This document shows positions 26,451 through 39,654 of a stretch of 64,000 nt of DNA, piece after piece. The notes beneath the pieces are model-generated. The model did not search any database. It saw nothing but the letters and a program-made list of their open reading frames with translations, and was not told the DNA's origin. The DNA lies in the NCBI GenBank assembly GCA_951406725.2, contig OX597817.1:49724001-49788000 (forward strand), in the 5' to 3' direction. Numbering within the stretch: the stretch's first letter is position 1; every line of letters begins with the position of its first letter. The translations under genes were made by a program, and so were the position numbers. The stretch is from Octopus vulgaris (lineage: Eukaryota).

Positions 26451-28419
26451 TAATAAAACCTATATATCCTAAATAATTGAATTTAGACTCAACTAAATCT
26501 GGGGTGGGGCATTCTGATTACCTCTGTCAGTCTCCACTCTTGAACACATTGAGAATCTACCTACCTAAACAATTCATATAAAATATCATAGAACATATTT
26601 GAAGGCATAAAAAGACTCTTGGACATAACAGACACATCCTGATTTCACCGATGCATTTTCATGAAAAAATGTTTTTATTGCATTAAAGTATATAATAGGG
26701 GCCCAACTTCACATATAGGACTTGGGGTGAATTTTTTTGAGACATGGAGGGAAAAAGTGCTTCTTATGTGCCATCAAATACAATACTTTCAAAATTATCC
26801 AACCCAACAAGAAAATCAGTAAAAAAAAAATCTATAAATCTGCAATTTCTACTTGATTTTTCCTAATTCAAAGTATCTATCAATCACAGATTAGCTATGT
26901 TAAGTTCAAATAAAAGTATATGGCAGTTTTGAAAAATCTTGTATTTTTTGTAAAGGTCTTATGTAAAGATTTTTTAAAATGTGATGGTTCTTTTGGCAAT
27001 TAAGCCACACTATAAACCCAGCAAAGAGCATTTGACCTACATTTACAAATCCCAACACCCTAACACATGCACTCTCATTACCTTGATATGAAAATTACAA
27101 ATTAATTCATTTAAATATGTTTAAAATTCTTTTATCTATCAAATATATTTTCTCCAGTTTAATTATAACCATGTTGGAGCCGTAGTTTTTGTTTGTTTGT
27201 TAGTTGCATAATGTCTTTTCTTTCGTTAATAGCGATGACTGATCTACATTTCTTATAGCAGCTTCTAGATAGTTAGCCTGGGTTGTTAGAAATAAATTCC
27301 TCCAACCCTTATCCAAAATTCTTCACATAAATGTTCCTTGTACACTAATATCCATATCAACACACCAATTCACATCAAAACTCTTGCAAACCAAATAAAA
27401 ATGAAATGGAATCTGTTTTATTTTTATTAATATATTTAAAATTATAAATTTCTACAAATATCATAACCCCGTACACTATTACAAATACATAAACTGCTTT
27501 AATTTGGTTTATTATTTAAATAAAAATATAATGTAACACTTTTATTTCTAACATTATGACTGTTGTTATTTATTTATTATGTATTCTTATTTTATTAACA
27601 CACTCTACAGCGTACATGTGTGTGTATGTGTTTGTTGCAGATTCGTTGAGCACATTACTTGTAACCTAAATAATAATGCTTAGTAAACAGCAACAATTAA
27701 CATTAAAGTTTCCTTTATACAATTCTTAAACAGTCATAGTAAAAAAAAAAAAAAAAAGAAGATATTTCTCATCAACTTAAAGTTGATGTAAAAAGCTCTT
27801 AAGGTTAATATTTTTTTAAAATTTCATGTTGATTAGCAAATAACAAATTTTTAACAAAAAATTACTTCAAATGAGCTAAACTATCTCAGTATTTTTTTTT
27901 TTTTTAATTATGCTCTAACTAAACAGCGTTGTTAATATTTATGATGAGTGTTAAATAACATGTAAACATATTGCCTGAACTTTCAAGGAGTGTTAAAATG
28001 GAAACGAAACACTGCTGCCCCTGATAAACTTCCTTTCTCTATCCATTTTAAGTTATAAGTATATTGGTATATTTAAAGGGTCATACACATGTGATTAACA
28101 ATTGGGAAAATATGGATGCACACTTCATTGATTTTAACAAGGCATTCAACTCTCAGCCAGACACGAGAGTTTATAATAAGGTAAAAATTATCTTTTGGAT
28201 TGCTCCCTCTAATTCACTCTTCCCATATATTCTAAAAACTATCCTTAATAACTTATCTCTCAATGGTACAGAGCAGTATCTTTTATACTTATACATATAT
28301 ATATTATACTAATAAATAACACACAATAGTAATTTTCTGGTAAATATCAAAGTATGTTATTAAAAATGTTATTTCACTTTATTTTTAACACTATATTTAT
28401 TTACTGTATAATATTAGGG

Positions 28420-28690
28420 AACATGGCCGATGCCAGCGCCACCTTGACTGGCTCCTGTACCGGTGGCACATAAAAAGCACCAACCGATCGTGGCCGCTGC
28501 CAGCCTCCCCTGGCACGTAAAAAGCACCCACTACACTCACAAAGTGGTTGGCGCTAGGAAGGGCATCCAGCTGTAGAAACACTGCCAGATCAGACTGGAG
28601 CCTGGTGCAGCCTCCTGGTTTCCCAGACCCCGGTCGAACCATCCAACCCGTGCTAGCACGGAAAACGGACGTTAAACAATGATAATGATG
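28420..28690 (+). mobile_element. retroposon family C
   Basis: Near-consensus copy. Confidence 0.8.
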
Positions 28691-29039
28691 ATATAAGTAT
28701 ATGACTTTCATTCTTAGAGTGAAGACTGTTTCAGACCTAAGGTTTAGAATATGCAAATTAACATAGGAAATCTGCAGAATTTGAGAAAATTTGATTTAAT
28801 ACTTTAAACTAGTATTGGTGAAACTATTGCGTTAAGCTAGAAATGAAGAATATTTTTGTAGATTTTTCTGGAATAAACCAATTAGAAATTGGAAAATGAG
28901 TTATACTTCTACTATGAAGAAGTCATTATGTTGATATTAATGACATTGGAATATTTATATTATCAAAAGATCTCTGTTATACATCCACTACTACTACTAC
29001 TACTACTACTACTGTTGTTGTTATTATTGTCATCATTAA

Positions 29040-29255
29040 AGTGGTGAGCTGGCAGAATCGTTAGCACACCAGGCGAAATGCTAAGTGGTGTTTCGTTTGC
29101 TGCTATGTTCTGAGTTCAAATTCCGACAAGGTCGACTTTGCCTTTCATCCTTTCGGGGTCGATAAATTAAGTACCAGTTGTGTACTGGGGTCGATCTAAT
29201 TGACTGGCCCCTTGCCCCAAAATTTCAGACCTTGTGCCTATAATGGAAAGGATTA
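29040..29255 (+). mobile_element. SINE family A
   Basis: Consensus match followed by (ATT)n. Confidence 0.82.
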
Positions 29256-29261
29256 TCATCA

Positions 29262-29305
<44 letters not shown>

Positions 29306-29689
29306 TAGTATTTTTGATATATTAGTGTTTGTTTTTAAGGTTTAGTAAAAAGAAAAAAATTACATTAAACCAAATATTTCTCAATAGAGTTTTGGTTGAG
29401 TACAAATTTATTAATCTTTAACAAGAGAATACTGATGATCTTGTCCTCACAGCTCACCTAGCTGTAGAAACTATGTCCAAAGAGACAGAATGGAGACCAG
29501 GCAGCACCTGGCTGGCTAGCTCTTGTCAAACCATCCAATTTATGCTAGCATGTTAGTCACTGTCAATTCTTGTTAAATGATATATATATATGTATGTATA
29601 TATGTATACAGATTCAGATGAATATGGTACTTAAGTTGAGGCACCAGAATTTAGTACAGTATTATCCATACAATTTCAAAATAATCACC

Positions 29690-30300
<611 letters not shown>

Positions 30301-31269
30301 AGAATAATGCTCTTTTTATCATTGAGAATACTGGATCGAATGCATCAGATTGCTAACATTCCTCTCTCCCCTCAAACCTCCGTAACAAATTCAATGCTAT
30401 TTAACTTCCTCTGTAATCTTGCTGGATATCTCAATTCACAGACATGCTTGGCTTACCTGCATGTTTCAAAGGAAAGTAAAATTCCACCCGACTTGCTGCT
30501 AATTCTCTCTCTAAATTCTCTTTCTCTCCCCTGCAACTATACTTCGTTTAGTTGATCGTTTGCTATCCTGTAATGAGTCTAAATTAAAACCTGAATCATT
30601 TATTATTCTGTTGAGCTGCAGAACATTTGCCTCTACATAAATATAAATATCTAAAAAATGTCTGTCTCTGACTTTCTATTTTTTCTCTCCCTCTCTCTCT
30701 CTCTTTCTATACATCCATACACATATATATATGTATGCGCGTGTGTGTGTGTGTATATATATATATATACATATATATGTGTGTGTGTATATATATACTC
30801 ACACATACATTTTCATATACACACATATATACATAATCTTATCCATTCCAGCAACACTAACATACTGGCTGTGAGAATGCTTCTCTTGCATTTTGCAAAG
30901 AATGTATTTTTGGGAGATATGAGATTATTATTTTCCTTTACATTAATATTTTATTCCTTTATTTCTGCAGTAAAATGTTCCTTAATTATTCAAAAATTTC
31001 TTATAATTTTTTTTTTATATATCTTTGTTTCAAGATGAAAATGAAAAATGAAGTGAAAAAAAACTGAAAAAACTTCACAAGAAATCATTCTTTTATGAAA
31101 TATTCTATGCATGAAATGATGTTCTCTTCTTATTTTAACCATTTCCTCCCACTTTATTATTATAGCGCCATCAGCTGCCAAATGGTTCCTTTCAATATTG
31201 TTCCTCTTGTCTCCTTCTTTCTGGGTTTCACATCAAGCTCTATGAATGATGTCTTCTTTAGCTCAGCCA

Positions 31270-31385
31270 TCATATCATTACCCCATCATATCATTACCCC
31301 ATCATATCATTACCCCATCATATCATAACTCCATCAGATCATTACCCCATCATATCATTACCCCATCATATCATTACCCCATCAG
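31270..31385. repeat. 16-bp minisatellite (catatcattaccccat) x ~7
   Basis: Head-to-tail copies without spacers. Confidence 0.9.
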
Positions 31386-31899
31386 AAGACTGAAAACGAC
31401 ATCGCCTGTATGACAGTGATGTTCATTTACAACCAAGACAACAGCAAACACACACACTGACAAACACACACACAAATGCATGTATTCAACAGGTTTCTTA
31501 CAGTTTCTGGCTATCAGATCTACCCACAGGGCTGTGGTCAGTTTGAGGATGTAGTATACACTACATGTAAACTATTTTCTTATATGTCTCTCTTGAGTTT
31601 CATTAAAGATTATATTTGATTGTTTCTGAAAGAAATATGCTTCAATAAGATGATCCTTTTGTTTTTTGAGGGGTTTTTTCCAGTCATATTATTGCTTCTA
31701 TACACTGTTGTTTAGAGAAAGCATGAATAACAGTAAAAAAATTGATACGTTATCAACAACAATTGAACTCTGACCTCAGATCTCACAAAGTCATTACAAT
31801 GTCATTAATTGACAATTACCAGTTAGGCTGCTTGATGTCACTAATTAAATACAATGTAGATTATAACAAAAGGACAGCCTAAATATTAGGAGAGAGAGT

Positions 31900-32033
31900 A
31901 TCTTTAAAGATCCTGAGGGTTAACTGATGAGACTCTTACAAATGAGAAAATTCTTAGAAGAGTAGGGTCATGACTACTGCAAGAGATTGTAGCAGAGTAC
32001 CAATTCCAACTAGCTGGTCACGTGTTCTGTCTT
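31900..32033 (+). pseudogene. decayed LINE ORF2 C-terminal fragment
   Basis: LKILRVN*/TNEKILRRVGS*LLQEIVAEYQFQLAGHV resembles the post-RT region of RTE-type LINEs. Confidence 0.5.
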
Positions 32034-33204
32034 ACCCACTGGTTCTCAGCAGGGGTCTATATAAGATTTTGTTGTTAAAATTTATGCGCAAGAGAGTTCA
32101 AGCTCAGACTTATAGCTAGGAAATTCATATGAGATGGAAACTTCTGGAAAATGACACAATTACTTTTTACAGAAAAATGTTTGGGCAGAATAGAAACTTT
32201 GTATGGGAATTTGATAATTGCAAAATAATCAATGATATGATAATGCAATTTTTAGACTATGTACTGAGTATATATGTTGTGGTTTATATTTACTGTAAAT
32301 ATAGAATTTAACAAATATATGGCTTAGATTTCTTTTAAGAATGTTTATATCTAGTTTACTGTATTACTATGAGATCATAAGAGTTACCAAATATGGGCAG
32401 CTGTATAAATTATCAGAGCAGTTCTTTTATAATTAGACATACATCATCATTATTATTTCACGTGCACTTTCCAAGCTGGCATGGGTTGGATGGTCATTAC
32501 TGCTCTTTTAGAAGTGTGTGTGTCTGTATATGTTTGTCCTTGTCACTACTGTTGGACAACCAATGTTGGTTTGTTTACACCCCGTATTAGTGGTCCAGCA
32601 AAAGAGACAGCAGATTAAGTACCAAACTTTAAAGATAAGCACTTGGGTTAATTTGTTTGACTATATCCTTTAGGGTGGTATCCCAGTATGGCCACAGTCT
32701 AATGGATGAAACAACTAAAAGACAGACAATACAACTGTCAGACGATTCTCTCTGAATTCATGAATTGTCCTACCAAAGCATTCTGTACCGTCTGATCTGA
32801 AAGCTAATGTCTAAAAATAATCTGAAACAAATTGTTCATCGTTAGAATTCTCTAAAACAATGTTAGAATTATATCATAATGAAATACAAATTGCTGTCTT
32901 TCTATAATTAAATCCATTCATTGAAATATATAAATAAAGATAATTATCATAAGATTTTAATTGGGTCACATTACAATTAATTGATTCATTTAGTTGAATA
33001 TGTACTTCACAGTAAAACCTTCAGAATTATAGAAATAATATCATTTAGATGTGGTACACAAAATTCATTTTTGTATTTAGTCTCTTTCTTTTATTTTCTG
33101 AGATCAAATTCCATATAGGTCAGCTTTCTCATTTATTCATTTGGGTTTGATAAAATAAGGTATTGGGCAGAATGTGTATGTGTATTTCTCTATTTATGTC
33201 CCTG

Positions 33205-33432
33205 AACCGATCGTGACCATTGCCAGCCTCCCCTGGCACCTGTGACGGTGGCACATAAAAAGCACCCACTACACTCACAGAGTGGTTGGAATTAGGAAGG
33301 GCATCCAGGTGTAAAAACACTACCAGATCAGACTGGAGCTTGGTGCAGCCTCCTGGCTTCCCAGACCCCGGTCAAACCATCCAACCCATGCTAGCAGGGA
33401 AAAAAGACGTTAAATGATGATGATGATGATGA
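33205..33432 (+). mobile_element. retroposon family C
   Basis: Consensus match with (GAT)n tail. Confidence 0.8.
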
Positions 33433-34100
33433 AGCTTAGCTGCTCAACAAAAATGTCTGATAAAACAAGTACCAGACTTTGTAATGGAGTCCATTTGTTC
33501 AACTAAAATCCTTCAAAGTGGTGCTCCAGTATGGCCACAGTCCAATGACTGATACAAATAAATGGAGAACTTTGTCCAATTGTCCGCTTATTGTGTTTAT
33601 TTTTCACTCCATAATCTTGTCTCTTGTTTTCATCTTACTTTTCTGTTTATATATCTGTTCAGTCTCTTTCTTTCTCCTTCTAAATTTCTCTCCCACATCT
33701 TCTCTGATCGTCATCTCTATTTCAGCATCATTGAAAATTCTAATCACATGTACAGTTTTAGAACAAATTGGTGTTCCTTTACCATTGTTATTTAATCATT
33801 ATAAATGTGTATGTATGTGTGTAGACATGCATATGTAAATATGTATACATGCATATGTGTATATGTGTACTTGCATATGTATGCATGTTTATGTGTGTGT
33901 GTGTGTGTGTGAGTTTATGTATGTACACATCTCTGTATATGTGTGTGAATATATATTTTCAAAGCAGAATTTTGAAACTTGCCATCTTATCTTCCACTCC
34001 AAACACAGAAGTTAACTGGTATGAAGGATAACCCTTATTTTGTGTGGCACAAGAAAAGTCTTCAACTGTTTTCGTTATTCTGTTCCCTGCTTTTGAGTGC

Positions 34101-34143
<43 letters not shown>

Positions 34144-34620
34144 CGTGTGTGTGTGTATATAAGTATATGTGTGTGTATGTATATATATATATCTGTTTAT
34201 ATGTATATATATATGTGTGTGTGTGTATATATGTATATGTGTGTATGTGTGTATGTATATATATATATATGTGTGTGTGTGTGTATGTATGTATATGTAT
34301 GTATGTATATATATATATACATACGTATACATACATATATAGCACAACTTAGTAATTAGTTACAATTGTTTCTGTACCATTCCATTTATAGCCACATTGC
34401 ATCAAAATGATTTTGAGTGAAAAGGTACCCAGACTGTTGTGAGGTCATTTTTTTCTTTTGTAGCACCAGTGTTGTCTCATCCATGGCAACACTAAGGAAC
34501 CTGGTCTTCCCTACATCAGCCTCATTCATTCATTCATCAGCACTAGAGAGTACTCCTCTTTTCTGTACTCTTTCTACATGTTCATTCCTTTCCTTCTTAC
34601 ACAACTGAGAGGGGCCAAAA

Positions 34621-34783
34621 GAGTAAAAGAAGAGATGAACCAGAGTGATAGGAGCAAGAGGATGATGGAAGAGAGTGAAGGAAAAAAAGAGAGGGTGTCA
34701 TAGGCAGCTACATGATGTTAGTTGGTATGGAGGTTGAATTAAAACAGCATGAGAATTGTAATGGCAAAGGGAGAAAGTATTAG
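34621..34783 (+). repeat. purine-rich ~163-bp direct repeat, copy 1
   Basis: Closely similar to 37242-37404 along its length. Confidence 0.85.
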
Positions 34784-34873
34784 GAGGTGGACAGATTGAT
34801 AGGAGTATTAGAAGTAAAAAAGTGTGATGGATGTCAACAATAAGTGAAAGAGGAGGAAATGGTGTGTGTGTGC

Positions 34874-34915
<42 letters not shown>

Positions 34916-35547
34916 AAGAAAGAAAATAATGGCTTGCAATAGAGATGGGTGATAATAAGAAGGGTTTGAAAAGAGACATTCAATGTGATACAATTCCTTG
35001 TTACAGAACCAACGTGATGGAAGGAGCTGAAGTGTTGTAGTGAGACACATCGGAGTCTATCTTGCTTGACAAATTATATTTGCCTGCTTCTATGTACTCT
35101 TATTTTTCTTCAAACATGTGTTTGTATCAACACATAGCTTTTTGCATGTCTCTGTTTCTCTACAATAATAATGCTGCTTGTTTGATTTAATACATAACCA
35201 CAGAAATATGAATGTTTTTGATATTCTTATGTGTTTCTCAAAATATATTTTAATGCATAAATTATGTGTATTTAAGATAATATTATGTATCAAGGTTGTA
35301 AAAATGCACGTATACTATTAATTTGAAAGTTTGTGTGTGTCTGTGTATACACTCAACCACATACCCATTTACCTCAAATATATAGTTGTATGTATATATA
35401 TTTATATATAACATTTAAATAATGAGGGAAATAAATTGAATATTAATTTAATTAATATCAATTTAAAACCAGTAGCCTAGCATATAAAAAATCTGAAAAA
35501 TCAGAAAAAATTTTAAAACATGTGCATATTTAGGGCTAAAAAACCAC

Positions 35548-35683
35548 TAGGTGGACAGCCATATACTAGAAGAAGTTCACATACAATCTAACTACAGGTG
35601 TATGCTGAATTTTCTCTGGAGAACATTTTTTCTTTGTAGTTAGATCATATGTAATATTCTTCTAGCGTATGGCTGTCAACCTA
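35548..35683. repeat. imperfect ~50-bp inverted repeat
   Basis: taggtggacagccatatactagaagaa...tctaactaca versus tgtagttagatc...ttcttctagcgtatggctgtcaaccta. Confidence 0.7.
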
Positions 35684-36014
35684 TGCATTTACATGGGCAC
35701 ACATATAGTCAGCAGTTCAATTATCAAAATGACAGGGAAGTTGAAATCCTCATCTCTTGATTTTGGTAAAGTTCCATTCTATATTGATCCAAAAAAATAT
35801 TTACCAAACTCAACTCATGGTCATATGAACCATTATTAGCATCAAGTTGATCTTGCTTCGATTTGCTCAACATACTACCTGTTTGTCACCTTGTATAGCA
35901 TTTGGGAAGTCAATAGAGCAACATCCTGTGTTCATAAAAAAATAGACGACCGAGGTTTTTGCTGAACTTCTTAGCCCATGTATAACCATGTTGAGATGTT
36001 TATATGAAAGACAT

Positions 36015-36445
36015 TTAACCATTTAGCGTTCATATTACTCTGTCAAATATAATGCTTTTTCATTCACATTGTTTTGAATTAATCCTGCATTATCTTGAAG
36101 CTCCGACAATTTGAATCCAATCATGGTCGTTGCCAGCTTCGCCTGGCACCTGTGCCGGTGGCATGTAAAAAGCACCCACTACACTCACGGAGTGGTTGGC
36201 ATTAGGAAGGTCATCCAGCTGTAGAAACACTGCCAGATCAGACTGGAGCCTGGTGCAGCCTTCTGGCTTCCCAGATCTCGGTTGAACCGTCCAACCCATG
36301 CTAGCATGGAAAACAGATGTTAAATGATGATGATGATGATGATGATGGTTTATTTTGAGGATGTCATTGTAGGATATGATTGAGAGGCCATATCTAGATG
36401 GTTTGAACATATAACAAGTAGAAAATTTAAATGCTAAAGTGTTAA
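36015..36445. mobile_element. family-1 MITE interrupted by a family-C SINE (36115-36347)
   Basis: TTAAccatttagc...gctaaagtgTTAA halves lie either side of the SINE. Confidence 0.65.
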
Positions 36446-36665
36446 ACATGTTTATATATCTTAGCAAAGTTATATCACTTCCAGTCAAAATGAACACTCA
36501 AACACACACTTTCACATGCACACATATATAACAAGTTTGTATTATATTTGGTGATACAATTGGAAAACCCATTGTATGTTTTCAGGGTGTAAAATATTCA
36601 CAGTATATGTGTGTTGGTGTGTATAATGTTCGTATGTATAATTTGTTATCCTTTTCAATTTAAAG

Positions 36666-36840
36666 CTTCCTCAAACAAGTGTTCTGAACCTCTATGATCA
36701 ACACACAGAAAATAGCAAATCAATAACCTCTGTACCAAATGCTTTTCGGCTTAAGGCAGCTGATCCACCACAATTCCTCAATGAGGATGAGGCTAGACAG
36801 TGGGCAAAAGACCGACAGAAAAAGGATAACCATAATTTGA
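36666..36840 (+). CDS. MITF: MiT/TFE coding exon (14-3-3-site region and start of basic region)
   Basis: cttttcaatttaAAG acceptor and GTAAGT donor, 175 nt. LPQTSVLNLY...EDEARQWAKDRQKKDNHNL matches MITF EARALAKERQKKDNHNL. Confidence 0.93.
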
Positions 36841-36915
36841 GTAAGTCAACACTATTCATTAGAAAATTACTATTTGTAAATCTCACAATGAGAGATATTC
36901 AGCAACAGTACTTTA

Positions 36916-37114
36916 TAGTAAAGATTGTTTGCCAACATAACATGGCAGTCCGGTTTAGGACTAATGTTGCTGTAATTTAGCCCCAGAAGAATTTAGCTAT
37001 ATGACACAATCTGTGTCATATAGCCAGCTGGAGACGATGTCTTCTGGGGCTAAATTACAGCAACATTAGTCCTAAACCAGACTGCCATGTTATGTTGGCA
37101 AACAATCTTTACTA
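36916..37114. repeat. near-perfect fold-back (75-bp arms plus inner 13-bp stem)
   Basis: 36916-36990 versus 37040-37114 is a reverse complement with one mismatch. Inner stem gctatatgacaca/tgtgtcatatagc at 36996-37024. Confidence 0.92.
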
Positions 37115-37241
37115 CAAAACTATTCATGTTTAAAATTCTTTCATGGCTCCTTTTTATTTTCATATGTACAAATTTGATTATAACCTGTTGTGCATTGGTT
37201 GGGCTGATGAATGTTGGTAAACCTATTATACACTATGAAAA

Positions 37242-37404
37242 GAGTAAAAGAAGAGAGAAACCAGAGTGATAGGAGCAAGAGGATGATAGAAGAGAGTGAG
37301 TGAAAGAAAGAGAGGGTATCATAGGCAGCTACATGACGTTGGTTGGTAAGGAGGTTGAATTAAAACAACATGAGAATTGTAATGGCAAAGGGAGAAAGTA
37401 TTAG
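37242..37404 (+). repeat. purine-rich ~163-bp direct repeat, copy 2
   Basis: Closely similar to 34621-34783. Confidence 0.85.
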
Positions 37405-37933
37405 CTGTGCCCTATTCAAAGTCCTTCTGCTTGATAAGGTTGATGATATGCCAGTCAGCAACCAAGTGAGCAATGTAAGAACAGCTTATGGATATGAAAC
37501 TCTGTGTGTGCTGTAATTCAGTCTGAACTGAAACAATGGAATACATTCTGTTATGTAGTGTGGTTTATTATTTATTATTATTAGGTAATCACAGAGAAAC
37601 ATTAACATATGTTGCTTGAGAATCAAGAAATGACTATTCTGTTTCTAGATAAGTCTTTATGTATTGATCTTGTCTATAAGACTGGATGACAGTTGATATA
37701 ACAACGACAGAGAACCAGAATAACTAGCTTAAAAATCTAGCTTCAGCTTTCTAGGTTCAAACCCTGACTGTGGCTTTCCTTCCTCCAGCATTAATAAAAT
37801 ATAAAACAATAATGTTGGTTTTGATTCAGTTAATGCCATTTCTTATCTATTTCCTCAAAATTGCACTTGTGTCTAAAGATAAATGAATATTAGGAACTGG
37901 TTTTAACAATTTATATTCCATTTTTTTTTTCAG

Positions 37934-38009
37934 TTGAACGGAGAAGAAGGTTTAATATCAATGACAGAATTAAGGAACTCGGAACACTCCTACCCAAAAA
38001 CAGTGACCC
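37934..38009 (+). CDS. MITF: MiT/TFE coding exon (basic region and helix 1)
   Basis: poly-T-CAG acceptor and GTAAGT donor, 76 nt. (I)[24 protein letters not shown](P) is the diagnostic MiT/TFE bHLH sequence, in phase with its neighbours. Confidence 0.97.
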
Positions 38010-38592
38010 GTAAGTAAATTCTCACAGCATTTTATTGGACAAATGCTAAATTCAAGAAATTCATAAAATTGTTTGTCTAAAAGGAGGTTTTCTCTATTGC
38101 AGAAAAAATCTGACTCCTTGATCATTTGACTCAATATTTTGGGTGGCTTCATTATATTCTCTAGTTGTTAGACTTAATGATGGACACTAGTTGGTTGTTG
38201 GTATCAAATTGGTTAATTATCTTAGCAATAGTTTTGGGTGTTGGTGTGTTTACATTCCTTATAACTTAGCAGTTCGGCAAAAGAGTCTGACAGAATAAGT
38301 ACTAAGCTTTAAGAAAATAAGTACTGAGGGTGATTTGTTTGACTAACACCTCTCAAGGCGGTGCTCCAACATGACCACAGTCAAATGACTGAAACAAGTA
38401 AAAGGATAGAGGAATAATCCTTAATGCTATGTATGCATTGCTGTTAGCATGGGGGTTCCTCCTTGAGACCTGAGCAAGTACCTTCACAGATCATGGTGGC
38501 TGCACCCTAGCCAGCAGCCACTATGAAAGAGGAAAGTTCTTGCTGTCAAAAACCTGTTCTATGCCTGGAATGGTCTGTTGGAAACAATGCTG

Positions 38593-38811
38593 GCAGAAAT
38601 GTTAGCATGCCGGGCAAAATGCTTAGTGGTATTTCATCTGCCGTTACGTTCTGAGTTCAAATTCTGCCGAGGTTGACTTTGCCTTTCATCCTTTTGGGGT
38701 CGATAAATTAAGTACTAGCTACGCACTGGGGTCGATGTAATCAACTTAATCCCTTTGTCTGTCCTTGTTTGCCTCCTCTATCTTTAGCCCCTATGGGCAA
38801 TAAAGAAATAA
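38593..38811 (+). mobile_element. SINE family A with 13-bp TSD
   Basis: ggaaacaatgctg at 38580-38592 and 38812-38824. Confidence 0.85.
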
Positions 38812-39436
38812 GGAAACAATGCTGTACCATCCTGGGTGTGGAGCAGTAAGGTAGGCCAAGCCTTATATTCTCAGTTTGGTCTACAATCACTTTGACATCT
38901 GATGTGTGGTGCACTGAGCACCTGTACAGGTAATGATGGAGGGAATGAATTAATGTTCAACACCAAACAAATCGTTTGTGCATGTTGTTTGGCAAACTAA
39001 GGGCTCAATGGAATCCTGATTTACCAAGCTACTGAACCCCTATTTGTTGTTTATGACTGGAGCGGGTCCACCATAAGTATGAAAGTGAAGATGGACAAGA
39101 AAATCAAAAACTTTTATGAGAAGCAAAACTTTTACAATGGGATAGTTGGAAAAGTTAACTATTGTGAATAGTTGTATGGCCTTGGCTACCGGTTCGCCCT
39201 GAAAAAAATATATGTGTATATATTTTTATTTGCAAATCCAGACAAGAATAAAATATTATTTATTGCTGTTGAAGATAGTCGAAGTTTTGGTTTTCCTTTC
39301 AACACAATTGAATGTAACAGGATAAGACCGACACTCCTCAAGTGTTCCAGAGACCTTCATCCGGTTACAAAAGAATTGTAACAAATTTTATTATTGTTTT
39401 TTTCTTGTAATTGATTTAATCCTTCTATTTCTGCAG

Positions 39437-39584
39437 TGACACCCGACAGAATAAAGGTTCCATTTTAAAGAATTCCGTGGACTATATACGAAAACTTAGA
39501 AAAGATCAAGATAAAATGCACAACCTTGAAGAAAAAAATAGATTGTCCGAGACAAACAACAGAAAACTTATGCTAAGGGTACAG
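39437..39584 (+). CDS. MITF: MiT/TFE coding exon (helix 2 and leucine zipper)
   Basis: tttctgCAG acceptor and GTAAGT donor, 148 nt. [49 protein letters not shown] compared with MITF [49 protein letters not shown]. Confidence 0.96.
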
Positions 39585-39654
39585 GTAAGTTAAGATTTAC
39601 AAAATGTTCTGGATTTGATTTTTTTTTTGTTTTGTTTTCATTATTTTGCATGAC

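Noticed and set aside
31270-31385. Regular 16-bp repeats as a CRISPR-like or telomeric array
   Set aside because: No spacers, eukaryotic intron context and not TTAGGG-type. It is an ordinary minisatellite.
31925-31950. CTGATGAG as a hammerhead core
   Set aside because: No properly placed GAAA, stem III or stem I, and it lies within a decayed LINE coding fragment.
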